NCBI GenBank assembly: GCA_000963575.1
Contig: CP011077.1
Span: 112,288-176,287, forward strand
Length of the DNA stretch: 64,000 nucleotides
Direction of reading: 5' to 3'
From: Klebsiella michiganensis
GTDB lineage: Bacteria > Pseudomonadota > Gammaproteobacteria > Enterobacterales > Enterobacteriaceae
Part shown: positions 1 through 15,190 of the stretch, one piece after another
Numbering within the stretch: position 1 is the stretch's first letter
How the letters are laid out: the number at the start of each line of letters is the position of its first letter
Translations under genes and position numbers: made by a program
The notes under the pieces: generated by a model
Told to the model about the DNA's origin: nothing
What the model saw: the letters and a program-made list of their open reading frames with translations, nothing else
Databases searched by the model: none

Positions 1-437
1 TGCCGCTGGCGTATAACAAAGACATGCAGGAAGACAAAGAAGGCCTGTTCGACGCGCTTGATACCTGGCTCGATTGCTTGCATATGTCCGGGCTGGTGCT
101 GGACGGCATTCAGGTGAAACGTCCTCGCTGCCAGGAAGCGGCTGAACAGGGCTATGCCAACGCTACCGAGCTGGCGGATTACCTGGTTGCCAAAGGCGTG
201 CCGTTCCGTGAAGCCCACCACATTGTAGGTGAGGCTGTCGTCGAAGCGATTAAACAAGGTAAAGCGCTGGAAGCCTTAACCCTTGCCGATTTGCAGAAGT
301 TCAGCGCGGTCATTGGTGAAGACGTTTATCCGATCCTGTCGCTGCAATCCTGTCTTGACAAACGTGCCGCTAAAGGCGGGGTTTCACCTAAGCAGGTTGC
401 CCTGGCAATAGCCGACGCTAAACAGCGCCTGGTCTAA
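1..437 (+). CDS. argH: argininosuccinate lyase, C-terminal fragment (5' end outside window)
   Basis: ORF 24..437 translation matches the ArgH C-terminus (…[27 protein letters not shown]…); the frame continues to the window edge; synteny with oxyR downstream. Confidence 0.85.
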   Translation, partial: PLAYNKDMQEDKEGLFDALDTWLDCLHMSGLVLDGIQVKRPRCQEAAEQGYANATELADYLVAKGVPFREAHHIVGEAVVEAIKQGKALEALTLADLQKFSAVIGEDVYPILSLQSCLDKRAAKGGVSPKQVALAIADAKQRLV

Positions 438-455
438 CTCCCTCGAAATTTGAAC

Positions 456-486
456 AAAAAAAAGCGGACATACTGTCCGCTAAAAG
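456..486 (-). terminator. Rho-independent terminator hairpin (gcggacatactgtccgc) flanked by an A-run/T-run; terminates oxyS and probably argH
   Basis: perfect 7-bp stem-loop with an A8 run on the + strand (T-run on the - strand). Confidence 0.6.
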
Positions 487-572
487 TTCACGTTGGCTTT
501 AATAATTCGTCAGGTTCAGAGAACAGAGAGTCTCTGCAGCGGCGCATCGTTCCGGGGTAAGTCGGAGCGAGG
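457..572 (-). ncRNA. oxyS: OxyS small regulatory RNA (divergent from oxyR)
   Basis: minus-strand sequence …AAAGCCAACGTGAACTTTTAGCGGACAGTATGTCCGCTTTTTTTT closely resembles the E. coli OxyS 3' region and terminator; expected position in the argH-oxyR intergenic region, divergent from oxyR. Confidence 0.55.
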
Positions 573-679
573 CGTCTTGCTGTTGCTGGCTATTATTCAC
601 CAACACCGCTTGATAGGGATAATCGTTCGTTGCTATGCTATCTATCGCCATGAACTATCGTGGCGCAGGAGGATAGAGA

Positions 680-1597
680 ATGAATATTCGAGATCTTGAA
701 TACCTGGTGGCGCTGGCCGAGCACCGCCATTTTCGTCGGGCAGCGGATGCCTGTCACGTTAGCCAGCCGACCCTGAGCGGCCAGATCCGCAAGCTGGAAG
801 ATGAGCTGGGCGTTATGCTGCTGGAACGCACCAGCCGTAAAGTGCTGTTCACCCAGGCTGGTTTGTTGCTGGTGGATCAGGCGCGAACGGTGCTGCGTGA
901 AGTCAAAGTACTGAAAGAGATGGCAAGCCAGCAGGGTGAGGCGATGTCCGGGCCGCTGCATATTGGCCTGATCCCTACCGTGGGGCCTTACCTGCTGCCG
1001 CAAATTATTCCTATGCTGCATCAGACCTTCCCTAAGCTGGAAATGTATCTGCATGAAGCTCAGACCCATCAGTTGCTGGCGCAGCTCGACAGCGGCAAGC
1101 TGGACTGTGCCATTCTGGCGCTGGTAAAAGAGAGCGAAGCGTTTATCGAAGTGCCGCTGTTTGATGAGCCGATGGTGCTGGCGGTTTATCAGGATCACCC
1201 TTGGGCAAACCGCGACCGCGTGCCGATGTCCGATTTGGCCGGTGAAAAGCTGCTGATGCTGGAAGACGGGCACTGCCTGCGCGATCAGGCCATGGGCTTT
1301 TGTTTTGAAGCGGGCGCGGATGAAGATACCCATTTCCGGGCAACAAGCTTAGAGACGCTGCGTAACATGGTGGCGGCAGGAAGTGGCATTACGCTCTTGC
1401 CAGCCCTTGCCGTGCCGCACGAACGCCAGCGCGACGGTGTAGTTTATCTGCCGTGTTATAAACCAGAACCGCGTCGTACCATCGGCCTGGTTTATCGTCC
1501 GGGGTCACCGCTGCGCAGCCGCTATGAGCAGCTGGCAGAGGCCATCCGCACGCAGATGGATGGCCATTTCGACTCAGCGCTAAAACAGGCGATTTAA
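680..1597 (+). CDS. oxyR: LysR-family hydrogen peroxide-inducible regulator OxyR
   Basis: 305 aa, near-identical to E. coli OxyR ([23 protein letters not shown]…). Confidence 0.97.
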   Translation: MNIRDLEYLVALAEHRHFRRAADACHVSQPTLSGQIRKLEDELGVMLLERTSRKVLFTQAGLLLVDQARTVLREVKVLKEMASQQGEAMSGPLHIGLIPTVGPYLLPQIIPMLHQTFPKLEMYLHEAQTHQLLAQLDSGKLDCAILALVKESEAFIEVPLFDEPMVLAVYQDHPWANRDRVPMSDLAGEKLLMLEDGHCLRDQAMGFCFEAGADEDTHFRATSLETLRNMVAAGSGITLLPALAVPHERQRDGVVYLPCYKPEPRRTIGLVYRPGSPLRSRYEQLAEAIRTQMDGHFDSALKQAI

Positions 1598-2980
1598 GCC
1601 GTTAAGCGCCGCTACCCGATAGGCTTCCGCCATGGTTGGGTAGTTAAAGGTGGTGTTAACGAAGTACTCAATGGTGTTACCGCCACCTTTCTGCTCCATA
1701 ATCGCCTGGCCGATGTGAATAATTTCGGCCGCGCGCTCGCCAAAGCAGTGGATCCCCAAAATTTCTTTTGTCTCACGGTGGAACAGAATTTTCAGCGTCC
1801 CAACGTTCATGCCCACGATTTGCGCCCGAGCGAGATGCTTAAACTGCGCCCGGCCCACTTCGTAAGGCACTTTCATCGAGGTGAGTTGTTGTTCCGTTTT
1901 GCCCACGGAGCTGATTTCCGGAATGGTATAAATGCCGGTCGGAATATCTTCGATCAGATGACCCGTGGCTTCACCTTTCACCAGCGCTTGAGCGGCGATA
2001 CGCCCCTGATCGTAAGCTGCTGAAGCCAGACTTGGATAACCAATAACGTCACCTACCGCGTAAATATGCGGCAGCGCAGTCTGGTACATGCTGTTGACCT
2101 TGATGAGTCCACGGCTGTCGGCTTCGAGCCCGATATTTTCCAGCGTCAGCGAATCTGTATTCCCGGTACGTCCATTGGCGTAAAGCAGGCAATCTGCCTT
2201 CACTTTTTTGCCGGACTTCAGAGAGACAATCACGCCGTCGTCCACGCCTTCAATCTTCTCAAACTCTTCGTTGTGGCGGATGACTACACCGCTGTTCCAG
2301 AAGTGATAAGAGAGCGAGTCCGACATTTCCTGATCGAGGAAAGCGAGCAGGCGATCGCGGGTGTTGATCAGATCAACTTTGACGTTCATCCCACGGAAGA
2401 TAGAAGCGTATTCACAACCGATCACCCCGGCACCATAGATGATCACATGGCGTGGCTCGTGATGCAGGCTTAGGATTGAGTCGCTGTCGTAGATGCGCGG
2501 GTGGGTAAAATCCACTTCCGGCGGGCGGTAAGGGCGAGAGCCGCAGGCGATCACAAATTTCTCGGCGGTGTAGGTCTCGACCGACCCATCGTGGCAAAGA
2601 AGCTCGATAGTGTGCTCATCCACAAAGTGCGCATCGCCCTGCAGCATCTCGCAGCGGTTACGCTCGTAAAAGCCCTGGCGCATGCGGGTTTGCTGGTTAA
2701 TCACGCTGTCGGCGTGGTTCAGGATGTCGGCAAAAGAGGAGCGGAGAAGGTGAGTGTGGTCGCTGTATAACGGGTTTTGATTGAATTCAATAATGCGGCT
2801 AACGGCGTGGCGGAGGGCTTTCGAAGGGATGGTGCCCCAATGGGTGCAACCGCCGCCGACATTGTGGTAGCGCTCAATCACCGCTACCCTGGCTCCTTGT
2901 TTCACCAGCCCCATGGCGGCACCTTCGCCCCCGGGACCGGAACCAATCACTATTGCGTCATAATCGTAGGTTTGTGGCAT
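1580..2980 (-). CDS. sthA: soluble pyridine nucleotide transhydrogenase
   Basis: 466 aa, [25 protein letters not shown]… FAD/NAD-binding; convergent with oxyR with a short 3' overlap. Confidence 0.96.
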   Translation of the reverse strand: MPQTYDYDAIVIGSGPGGEGAAMGLVKQGARVAVIERYHNVGGGCTHWGTIPSKALRHAVSRIIEFNQNPLYSDHTHLLRSSFADILNHADSVINQQTRMRQGFYERNRCEMLQGDAHFVDEHTIELLCHDGSVETYTAEKFVIACGSRPYRPPEVDFTHPRIYDSDSILSLHHEPRHVIIYGAGVIGCEYASIFRGMNVKVDLINTRDRLLAFLDQEMSDSLSYHFWNSGVVIRHNEEFEKIEGVDDGVIVSLKSGKKVKADCLLYANGRTGNTDSLTLENIGLEADSRGLIKVNSMYQTALPHIYAVGDVIGYPSLASAAYDQGRIAAQALVKGEATGHLIEDIPTGIYTIPEISSVGKTEQQLTSMKVPYEVGRAQFKHLARAQIVGMNVGTLKILFHRETKEILGIHCFGERAAEIIHIGQAIMEQKGGGNTIEYFVNTTFNYPTMAEAYRVAALNGLNRLF

Positions 2981-3173
2981 GGTAAGGCTTACCTGTTTTT
3001 ATACATAAAGGCAACACGATGGTAACATCAACCAGGAATTTCCCCAATTCTCGTTGTGCTTTTTCCCGCCTGGGTAGGTCAATGTTCCGTAAACAATCAT
3101 TCACAATACACTATAAAAGCGGTAGCTTGATTCTCTGATATAGTTCCAGCTCTGTTTGAAGGATTCAGGCAAT

Positions 3174-3818
3174 ATGATGGGTGTAAGAGCGCAACAAAAA
3201 GAGAGAACCAGGCGTTCTTTAGTCGAGGCGGCATTTAGCCAGCTAAGCGCCGAGAGAAGCTTCGCCAGCCTGAGCCTGCGTGAAGTTGCCCGTGAAGCCG
3301 GTATTGCGCCAACGTCATTTTATCGCCATTTCCGCGATGTTGATGAGCTCGGTCTCACTATGGTAGACGAAAGTGGCCTGATGCTGCGGCAGTTAATGCG
3401 GCAGGCGCGTCAGCGCATTGCTAAAGGCGGCAGCGTGATCCGTACGTCAGTGTCAACGTTCATGGAGTTTATCGGCAATAACCCTAACGCCTTCCGTCTT
3501 TTGCTGCGTGAGCGTTCAGGCACATCTGCGGCGTTTCGTGCCGCGGTTGCCCGTGAAATTCAGCACTTTATTGCGGAACTTGCCGACTATTTAGAACTCG
3601 AAAATCGCATGCCTCGCAGCTTCACCGAAGCGCAGGCTGAAGCGATGGTCACGATTGTGTTTAGTGCAGGTGCCGAAGCGCTGGACGTTGATATCGAACA
3701 GCGTCGCCAGCTCGAAGAGCGACTGGTGTTGCAGCTACGTATGATCTCGAAAGGGGCATACTACTGGTATCGCCGGGAACAAGAAAAAATGGCACTGGCT
3801 CATTTATCCGAGGAGTGA
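3174..3818 (+). CDS. fabR: TetR-family fatty acid biosynthesis repressor FabR
   Basis: matches E. coli FabR from [21 protein letters not shown]…; the ORF track starts 18 nt upstream at 3156. Confidence 0.93.
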   Translation: MMGVRAQQKERTRRSLVEAAFSQLSAERSFASLSLREVAREAGIAPTSFYRHFRDVDELGLTMVDESGLMLRQLMRQARQRIAKGGSVIRTSVSTFMEFIGNNPNAFRLLLRERSGTSAAFRAAVAREIQHFIAELADYLELENRMPRSFTEAQAEAMVTIVFSAGAEALDVDIEQRRQLEERLVLQLRMISKGAYYWYRREQEKMALAHLSEE

Positions 3819-3829
3819 AGGAACGAGCA

Positions 3830-4186
3830 ATGAAACAGTTACAAGATAGAGGTACGCTGGCGCTGGCGTTTATCGCTGGGCTGTCGATTAACGGAGCTTT
3901 TGCCGCGCTGTTCAGCTCGGTTGTTCCGTTCTCGATGTTCCCTATTATCGCTCTGGTGCTGGCGGTTTATTGTCTGCATCAGCGTTATCAGAACCGTACG
4001 ATGCCAGTTGGGTTGCCGAGCCTTGCCGCGGCCTGTTTTGTGTTAGGCGTGCTGCTTTATAGTTCAGTGGTTCGCGTTGAATACCCGGCGATTGGGTCTA
4101 ACTTTGTTCCTTCGATTCTGTCGGTGGTTGTGCTGTTCTGGATTGTGTTTAAAGTTCGCTCCCGCAAATCAGAAGCGGTTGAGTAA
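3830..4186 (+). CDS. yijD: DUF1422 inner membrane protein YijD
   Basis: [30 protein letters not shown]… matches YijD; start chosen by homology (ORF begins at 3815). Confidence 0.9.
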   Translation: MKQLQDRGTLALAFIAGLSINGAFAALFSSVVPFSMFPIIALVLAVYCLHQRYQNRTMPVGLPSLAAACFVLGVLLYSSVVRVEYPAIGSNFVPSILSVVVLFWIVFKVRSRKSEAVE

Positions 4187-4198
4187 GCCCGATACAAA

Positions 4199-4230
4199 GC
4201 AAAAAGGACGCCTCGGCGTCCTTTTTTTAT
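4199..4230. terminator. bidirectional intrinsic terminator between yijD and trmA
   Basis: aaaaaggacgcctcggcgtccttttttt hairpin with A and T runs on both sides. Confidence 0.7.
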
Positions 4231-5327
4231 TTGCGAGTGAGCAGTACGCCGCATTCCATGTGATGCGTGTATGGGAACTGGTCAAACAGAGCCAGTCGGG
4301 TGATGTTGTGTGTCTGGGATAATACCTCAAGGTTTTCGCACAGTGTCTGTGGATTGCAGGAGATATAAAGAATTTGCGGGTAGGCTTGCACCATTTTTAC
4401 CGTGTCAGCATCCAGGCCGCTGCGAGGCGGATCGACAAAAATGGTCTCGCACTGATAGCTTTTGAGATCGATTCCCTGCAGGCGGTTAAACTCCCTCACG
4501 CCATTCATCGCCTGGGTAAATTCTTCAGCCGCCATGCGGATAATCTGCACGTTATCAATATTGTTGGCCGCGATGTTGTACTGGGCCGCAGCCACGGACG
4601 GTTTAGCGATTTCGGTCGCCAGCACGCGGTCGAAGTTGCGGGCCAGAGCCAGCGAGAAGTTGCCGTTACCGCAGTAGAGCTCCAGTAGATCGCCGGTTGA
4701 GTTTTCTGTCGCGCTCAGCGCCCATTCCAGCATCTGAATATTCATGGCCGCATTTGGCTGAGTGAAGCTGTTCTCAACCTGGCGGTAAATCATCTCTTTG
4801 CCGGCAACCGGCAGACGCTCGTCGATAAAATCCTGGTCCAGCTCAATCTTGGTTTTAGTCGCTCGGCCAATCAGGTGTACGTTGAAGCCACGGGCACGCA
4901 GGCTGTCGCGCAGCGCCTGGGTATGCTGCTGCCATTCATCATCCAGTTTGCGGTGGTAGAGCAGAGATACCACGGCCTGATTGCTTAAGGTCGTCAGATA
5001 GTCAATCTGGAACAGCTTGTGGCGCAGGGCTGGAATATCACGAACGCAGTCCAGCATGGCTGGCATCAGGGCGTTGATTAGTTCGCTGGCCGCCGGGAAG
5101 CTGTTGACCCGGATGCGGCTTTTGGTCTGCTGATCGAACATGATGTGATAAAGGTCGTCACCTTCATGCCAGATGCGGAACTCAGCCCGCATGCGGTAGT
5201 GGCTTACCGGTGAGCGGAATACCTCCGGGGCCGGTGCGGCAAAAGGCGCCATCATGCCTTCGAGGCGAATGACTTTTTCCGCCAGCTGCGCGTCGTACTG
5301 ATCTGTCGGGAGGTGTTCAGGGGTCAT
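4227..5327 (-). CDS. trmA: tRNA (uracil54-C5)-methyltransferase
   Basis: 366 aa, [29 protein letters not shown]… matches TrmA. Confidence 0.96.
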   Translation of the reverse strand: MTPEHLPTDQYDAQLAEKVIRLEGMMAPFAAPAPEVFRSPVSHYRMRAEFRIWHEGDDLYHIMFDQQTKSRIRVNSFPAASELINALMPAMLDCVRDIPALRHKLFQIDYLTTLSNQAVVSLLYHRKLDDEWQQHTQALRDSLRARGFNVHLIGRATKTKIELDQDFIDERLPVAGKEMIYRQVENSFTQPNAAMNIQMLEWALSATENSTGDLLELYCGNGNFSLALARNFDRVLATEIAKPSVAAAQYNIAANNIDNVQIIRMAAEEFTQAMNGVREFNRLQGIDLKSYQCETIFVDPPRSGLDADTVKMVQAYPQILYISCNPQTLCENLEVLSQTHNITRLALFDQFPYTHHMECGVLLTRK

Positions 5328-5464
5328 GGCTAGCTATCCAGTCGGTCAATGAATACAAACTACGCGGCGATTGTAGGGATTCGACCCGGGATGTCCAGCC
5401 CGATCGCGTTAAGAAGTTCAGCCGGAAGTCTGGACACCCATATAAGCCTAACGGTAGCATGGCT

Positions 5465-5700
5465 TTTCCGGCCTCCTGAGAGTTAAAAGGGAACCCAGTG
5501 TAATTCTGGGGCTGACGCGCAGCGGTAAGGAACGGCAAGATGAAAGCATTATGCAGACACTGCTTTCTTATATAAGCGGGAAGTCCTCATCTTATTTAAG
5601 CCCCCAAGCCCGAAGACCTGCCGGAATGACGTCGCAAGTGATATGGCTATCGCGTGCTATTTGCCATATCTGCGGCATCCTATTCGAAAGCGGATGCTTA
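5465..5700 (+). promoter_or_regulatory. cobalamin (AdoCbl) riboswitch in the btuB leader
   Basis: GCCTCCTGAGAGTTAAAAGGGAACCCAGTGTAATTCTGGGGCTGACGCGCAGCGGTAAGGAA… and the B12 box AAGCCCGAAGACCTGCCGG closely match the E. coli btuB leader. Confidence 0.85.
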
Positions 5701-5708
5701 TATAAATG

Positions 5709-7550
5709 ATGATAAAGAAGGTTTCGCTGTTGACGGCTTTGTCCGCAACGGCTTTTTCAGTTTGGGCGCAGGATAGCAATACCGACAATACTCTGGTAGT
5801 CACTGCGAATCGTTTTCAGCAGCCGGTGAATAGCGTTCTGGCGCCGACGTCGGTGGTCACGCGCGAAGATATCGACCGCTGGCAGTCAAAAGATTTAAAC
5901 GACGTGATGCGCAGATTGCCGGGCGTGGATATCGCTCAGAACGGCGGCCTTGGTCAAAGCTCCTCGCTTTTTATCCGTGGTACAGAGGCTCGTCATGTGT
6001 TGGTCCTGATTGATGGTATCCCGGTGCCACGCTCTGGTATCGTCAATACAATCGATATCGGTCAGATCCCTGTCTCATTGGTGCAGCGCATCGAATATAT
6101 TCGCGGGCCACGCTCTGCGGTTTATGGTTCCGGTGCAATTGGCGGCGTAGTTAACATTATTACGATGGCGGATAACGAACATTCTCAGGTCAATGCGGGC
6201 GTGGGAACGCATGGTTATCAACAGTACGATGGCACCTTTAATCATCGCTTCGGTGATACGGTGGTGACTGCCGCGGGGGCATACCAAACAACAAAGGGCT
6301 TTAATATTCAGCCTAACTCTCCATATAGCGGTGACAGCGATCGCGATGGATATAGAAATTCATTGTTCTGGGGCGGTGTTCAGCACAAGTTTAACGATAA
6401 TTTCTCCGGTTTTTTCCGCAGCTATGGTTACTCGGCGAATGCTGATTACGATCAAGGATCCTGGGGCTATGCTGGTGGCAATGATGAGCACCAGAATGAT
6501 ACTCAATCATGGGATACCGGCCTGCATTTCAACTCTGGCGACTATTCTTCTCAACTGGTGGCCAACTATCAGCGCATCAAAGATTACAACTACAGCAGCC
6601 TGAATGGGCGCTATGCGCCAGGCTCAACGCTGGATAATACGGAACAGCGCTATATTCAGTGGGGCAACAATATTGCCGTTGGCCACGGGGCCGTTAGCGG
6701 CGGTGTTGACTGGAAGCAAGAGAAGCTTCAATCAAGCGGTACAACCAGCACCGATGTCTACAAGCGTGATACCACCGGGCTGTATCTCACCGGGCAGCAG
6801 CAAATAGACAGTGTGACGCTGGAAGCTTCCGGGCGTGAAGACCATGACCAGCAGTTTGGTTGGCACAGTACCTGGCAAACGGCCGCTGGATGGGAATTTG
6901 TTGATGGCTACCGCGCGACGTTGTCCTACGGCACTGGTTTCCTGGCTCCGTCGCTTGGAGAGCAATTTGGCGCTGAGCGTTTTGGTATTGCCTCTAACCC
7001 TAACCTGAAGCCGGAAGAGTCAAAGCAGTGGGAAGCAGGACTAGAAGGGCTGAGTGGCCCAGTTGACTGGCGTCTTTCTGCGTATCGCTATGAGATTCAA
7101 AACCTCATCAGTTACAACAATAATGCTTATTACAATGTCAAGGCGGCGACGATTAAAGGAGTGGAGTGGACGGGTAACGTGACGACAGGTCCGATCGATC
7201 ACCACCTTACGTTGCAATATGTAGATCCACGAGATGATGAAACTAATAAAGTCCTCTACCGCCGGGCGAAGCAGCAGGTGAAATATGAAGTCACTGGGCA
7301 AGTCTACGACTTAGGATGGAATGTCGCTTACCAGTACATCGGGCAGCGCTACGATAACGACTTTGATAATGGACGTGATGTAAAAATGGGCGGGGTTAGC
7401 CTGTGGGATGTTGGTTTGTCTTATCCGGTCACCTCACATCTTACAGTTCGTGGTAAAATAGCTAACCTGTTCGATAAAGATTACGAGACGGTTTATGGCT
7501 ATCAAACTGCAGGACGGGAATACACCTTGTCTGGCAGCTACACCTTCTGA
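5709..7550 (+). CDS. btuB: TonB-dependent vitamin B12 outer membrane transporter BtuB
   Basis: signal peptide, TonB box (DTLVVTANRF), C-terminal …YTLSGSYTF; homology to BtuB throughout. Confidence 0.97.
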   Translation: MIKKVSLLTALSATAFSVWAQDSNTDNTLVVTANRFQQPVNSVLAPTSVVTREDIDRWQSKDLNDVMRRLPGVDIAQNGGLGQSSSLFIRGTEARHVLVLIDGIPVPRSGIVNTIDIGQIPVSLVQRIEYIRGPRSAVYGSGAIGGVVNIITMADNEHSQVNAGVGTHGYQQYDGTFNHRFGDTVVTAAGAYQTTKGFNIQPNSPYSGDSDRDGYRNSLFWGGVQHKFNDNFSGFFRSYGYSANADYDQGSWGYAGGNDEHQNDTQSWDTGLHFNSGDYSSQLVANYQRIKDYNYSSLNGRYAPGSTLDNTEQRYIQWGNNIAVGHGAVSGGVDWKQEKLQSSGTTSTDVYKRDTTGLYLTGQQQIDSVTLEASGREDHDQQFGWHSTWQTAAGWEFVDGYRATLSYGTGFLAPSLGEQFGAERFGIASNPNLKPEESKQWEAGLEGLSGPVDWRLSAYRYEIQNLISYNNNAYYNVKAATIKGVEWTGNVTTGPIDHHLTLQYVDPRDDETNKVLYRRAKQQVKYEVTGQVYDLGWNVAYQYIGQRYDNDFDNGRDVKMGGVSLWDVGLSYPVTSHLTVRGKIANLFDKDYETVYGYQTAGREYTLSGSYTF

Positions 7551-8346
7551 TGCACATCCCACCGTGCTGGTTTTTGACTCCGGCGTCGGTGGGTTGTCCG
7601 TCTACAATGAGATTCGGCAGCTTCTGCCGGATCTTCATTACATCTACGCCTTCGACAACGTGGCGTTTCCATACGGCGAAAAGAGCGAAGAGTTTATCGT
7701 TGACCGGGTGGTCTCAATAGTGACTGCCGTGCAGCAGCACTATCCTTTAGCCCTCGCTGTTATCGCCTGTAATACCGCAAGCACAGTTTCTCTCCCCGCC
7801 TTACGTGAAAAGTTCGACTTCCCTGTTGTTGGCGTTGTGCCTGCCATTAAGCCGGCTGCGCGTTTGACGACAAATGGCGTTGTAGGTCTGCTCGCAACTC
7901 GCGGTACGGTAAAGCGGCCTTATACCCACGAGCTTATCTCCCGGTTCGCGACCGAATGCAAAATAGAAATGCTGGGGTCCGCTGAGCTGGTGGAACTGGC
8001 AGAGGCCAAACTTCATGGTGAGCCCGTGCCGCTGGACGAGCTGCGTAAGATCCTACGCCCTTGGTTGCGTATGTCAGAGCCGCCGGACACGGTTGTATTA
8101 GGCTGCACGCATTTCCCTCTATTACAGGAAGAGCTGCTGGAAGTGTTGCCTGAAGGCACAAGACTGATTGATTCCGGTGCCGCGATTGCAAGGCGTACCG
8201 TTTGGTTACTGGAGCATGAAGCACCGGATGCAGCGTCCGCAGATCAGAATATTGCTTATTGTATGGCGTTCACGCCTGAAACTGCGCAATTAATGCCCGT
8301 TTTACAACGTTACGGCTTTGAAAGGCTCGAAAAACTGGCACTTTAG
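7495..8346 (+). CDS. murI: glutamate racemase
   Basis: MAIKLQDGNTPCLAATPSD…VLVFDSGVGGLSVY…; overlaps the btuB 3' end by 56 bp, as in E. coli. Confidence 0.96.
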   Translation: MAIKLQDGNTPCLAATPSDAHPTVLVFDSGVGGLSVYNEIRQLLPDLHYIYAFDNVAFPYGEKSEEFIVDRVVSIVTAVQQHYPLALAVIACNTASTVSLPALREKFDFPVVGVVPAIKPAARLTTNGVVGLLATRGTVKRPYTHELISRFATECKIEMLGSAELVELAEAKLHGEPVPLDELRKILRPWLRMSEPPDTVVLGCTHFPLLQEELLEVLPEGTRLIDSGAAIARRTVWLLEHEAPDAASADQNIAYCMAFTPETAQLMPVLQRYGFERLEKLAL

Positions 8347-8397
8347 CGCCTTTTTGAGTAAAAAAACGGCGCTTGAAAGTTTTTTTCAAATTAGGGG

Positions 8398-8433
8398 TTG
8401 TCAGACTCTGAGAACTCCCTATAATGCGCCTCC
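8398..8433 (+). promoter_or_regulatory. rrn P1 promoter (TTGTCA-16-TATAAT, GC-rich discriminator) with an upstream AT-rich UP element
   Basis: ttgtcagactctgagaactccctataatgcgcctcc; an A/T tract (aaagtttttttcaaatt) lies immediately upstream. Confidence 0.75.
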
Positions 8434-8507
8434 ACTGACACGGCGAAGCGGCTTCAAAAGCGGCTTAACAACCCGGGAGTCAGTCAGATGAAAGCGAAAA
8501 TAAACGC

Positions 8508-8543
8508 TTGACTCTGAAAGAGGAAAGCGTATTATACGCCACC
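8508..8543 (+). promoter_or_regulatory. rrn P2 promoter (TTGACT-16-TATTAT)
   Basis: ttgactctgaaagaggaaagcgtattatacgccacc; boxA-like tgctctttaacaa follows at about 8577. Confidence 0.7.
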
Positions 8544-8720
8544 TCGAGTTAGCAAGCGAAAGCGACTGACTCACTGCTCTTTAACAATTTATCAGACAAT
8601 CTGTGTGGGCACTCGCAGGATTGATATCTCAGCATCTTAGGATGCAAACAAATATCAAGTCTTGAAGAGTGACTACTGATTTTATAAACAGTTTTAATTC
8701 TTTGAGCATCAAACACTTTT

Positions 8721-10264
<1,544 letters not shown>

Positions 10265-10349
10265 CCTAATAGATACAACCCGCGTAGTGCTCACACAGAT
10301 TGTCTGATAGATGTAGAGAAGCAAGGCGTCTTGCGATTGAGACTTCAGT

Positions 10350-10425
10350 GTCCCCTTCGTCTAGAGGCCCAGGACACCGCCCTTTCACGGCGGTAACAGG
10401 GGTTCGAATCCCCTAGGGGACGCCA
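10350..10425 (+). tRNA. gltT: tRNA-Glu (UUC) in the 16S-23S spacer
   Basis: GTCCCCTTCGTCTAGAGGCCCAGGACACCGCCCTTTCACGGCGGTAACAGGGGTTCGAATCCCCTAGGGGACGCCA. Confidence 0.98.
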
Positions 10426-10637
10426 CTTGCTGGTATGTAAGTGAAAGTTGCGTGCCGTTATATCTCAAAACTGACTTGAAAGAGTCACGTTTGAGATATT
10501 TGCTCTTTAACAATCCGGAACAAGCTGAAAATTGAAACGACATGTCGTCTCGTTCTTCCGTAATAAAGAATGAGGTTAAGACATGTTCGAGTCTCTCAAA
10601 TTTTCATAATCTGAAGTGAAACATCTTCGGGTTGTGA

Positions 10638-13545
<2,908 letters not shown>

Positions 13546-13632
13546 ACAACACCGAAGGTGTTTTTAGAGAGATTTTCAGCTTAGTTCAGGATTAGATTGA
13601 TGGTCACGGGAGTGACGGTCAATGACAGAATT

Positions 13633-13752
13633 TGCCTGGCGGCCGTAGCGCGGTGGTCCCACCTGACCCCATGCCGAACTCAGAAGTGAAACGCCGTAGC
13701 GCCGATGGTAGTGTGGGGTCTCCCCATGCGAGAGTAGGGAACTGCCAGGCAT
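13633..13752 (+). rRNA. rrf: 5S ribosomal RNA
   Basis: TGCCTGGCGGCCGTAGCGCGGTGGTCCCACCTGACCCCATGCCGAACTCAG…ACTGCCAGGCAT (120 nt). Confidence 0.99.
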
Positions 13753-13765
13753 CAAATTAAGCAAT

Positions 13766-13795
13766 AACCCCGACCGAAAGGCCGGGGTTTTTTGC
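13766..13795 (+). terminator. rrn operon T1 intrinsic terminator
   Basis: aaccccgaccgaaaggccggggttttttgc hairpin plus T-run. Confidence 0.85.
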
Positions 13796-13972
13796 TTTCT
13801 GACGATCTCTAAAAAATGCCCGGCCCTCCTGACAGAAATAGCCAAATAAACCACTACATTGTTTATAAACGGCATCATTCTCTATCGTCACCCATAGTTC
13901 TTAAATGAAACATTTTCACCTTTTCGCTTCAGACTCGACATTGATCCCTAAACTCGGTATCGTCAGCTGTCT

Positions 13973-13996
13973 GGATGTCTAAACGTTTAAACGTAT
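13973..13996 (+). promoter_or_regulatory. tandem MetJ boxes (met boxes) in the metA promoter
   Basis: GGATGTCT-AAACGTTT-AAACGTAT: three tandem 8-bp repeats resembling the AGACGTCT consensus, 20 bp upstream of the metA start. Confidence 0.45.
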
Positions 13997-14015
13997 GCTT
14001 TGAGGATATAAGGTT

Positions 14016-14945
14016 ATGCCGATTCGGGTGCAGGACGAGCTACCAGCCGTCAATTTCCTGCGTGAAGAAAACGTCTTTGTGATGACATCATCGCGCGCCA
14101 GCAATCAGGAAATACGTCCGTTAAAGGTACTGATCCTGAATCTGATGCCGAAGAAAATTGAGACGGAAAACCAGTTCCTGCGGCTGCTCTCCAACTCTCC
14201 ACTGCAGGTGGATATCCAGCTGCTGCGTATCGACAGCCGTGAATCTCGCAATACGCCCAGCGAGCATCTCAATAATTTTTACTGCAATTTTGATGATATT
14301 AAACACGACAACTATGACGGATTGATCGTCACCGGGGCGCCACTTGGGCTGGTTGAATTCAATGATGTGGCTTACTGGCCGCAGATCCAGCAGGTGCTGG
14401 AATGGGCCAAAGATCATGTCACCTCGACGCTGTTTGTCTGCTGGGCCGTCCAGGCCGCGCTGAATATTTTATATGGTATTCCTAAACAAACCCGGGATGA
14501 AAAACTTTCTGGCGTCTACGAGCACCATGTTACTCAGCCCCATGCTTTGCTGACGCGCGGGTTTGATGATTCATTCCTGGCGCCTCACTCTCGTTATGCT
14601 GATTTCCCTGCGCAACTGATCCGGGACTACACCGATCTGGAGATCTTTGCCGAAACGGAACAGGGAGATGCTTATCTGTTTGGCAGCAGGGATAAGCGTA
14701 TTGCGTTTGTGACCGGCCACCCGGAATATGACGCGCTGACGCTGTCCGGTGAGTACTTCCGCGATGTCGATGCGGGGCTTCAGCCCGAAGTGCCGTATAA
14801 CTACTTCCCGGGCAACGATCCGGCGAAAAAACCTCACGCGACCTGGCGCAGCCATGGCAATTTGCTGTTCACCAACTGGCTGAACTATTACGTCTACCAG
14901 ATTACACCGTTCGACCTGCGCCATATGAATCCGACGCTCGATTAA
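14016..14945 (+). CDS. metA: homoserine O-succinyltransferase
   Basis: 309 aa, [23 protein letters not shown]… matches MetA. Confidence 0.97.
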   Translation: MPIRVQDELPAVNFLREENVFVMTSSRASNQEIRPLKVLILNLMPKKIETENQFLRLLSNSPLQVDIQLLRIDSRESRNTPSEHLNNFYCNFDDIKHDNYDGLIVTGAPLGLVEFNDVAYWPQIQQVLEWAKDHVTSTLFVCWAVQAALNILYGIPKQTRDEKLSGVYEHHVTQPHALLTRGFDDSFLAPHSRYADFPAQLIRDYTDLEIFAETEQGDAYLFGSRDKRIAFVTGHPEYDALTLSGEYFRDVDAGLQPEVPYNYFPGNDPAKKPHATWRSHGNLLFTNWLNYYVYQITPFDLRHMNPTLD

Positions 14946-14962
14946 GCGTTTCAGCTTCCCAT

Positions 14963-14990
14963 CCCAGGCGCTTTCGGCGCCTTTTTTTTA
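14963..14990 (+). terminator. metA intrinsic terminator
   Basis: aggcgctttcggcgcctttttttt. Confidence 0.75.
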
Positions 14991-15056
14991 TTCTGAAAAT
15001 CACTTCCCTCCCAGTTCAAACTTTAATTTCATAAATATCAATGCGATAAATCAATT

Positions 15057-15088
15057 TAAAATCAAAAATGGAAATTGTTTTTGATTTT
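15057..15088 (+). promoter_or_regulatory. IclR operator in the aceBAK promoter
   Basis: aaaatcaaaaatggaaattgtttttgatttt palindrome, matches the known E. coli aceB IclR box (TGGAAATTGTTTTTGATTTT). Confidence 0.7.
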
Positions 15089-15190
15089 AAAAATTCATGA
15101 AGTAGTCTTAATTCTGTTGCATGAAAACTGCACAGCCGTGCGCGATTCACTTTTGGCCGTCTCGACGGGATAAGACGAAGGAGTAACCGA

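Noticed and set aside
493-699. 68-aa plus-strand ORF in the argH-oxyR intergenic region
   Set aside because: Overlaps the oxyS sRNA/oxyR promoter region; no RBS; the region is known to be non-coding.
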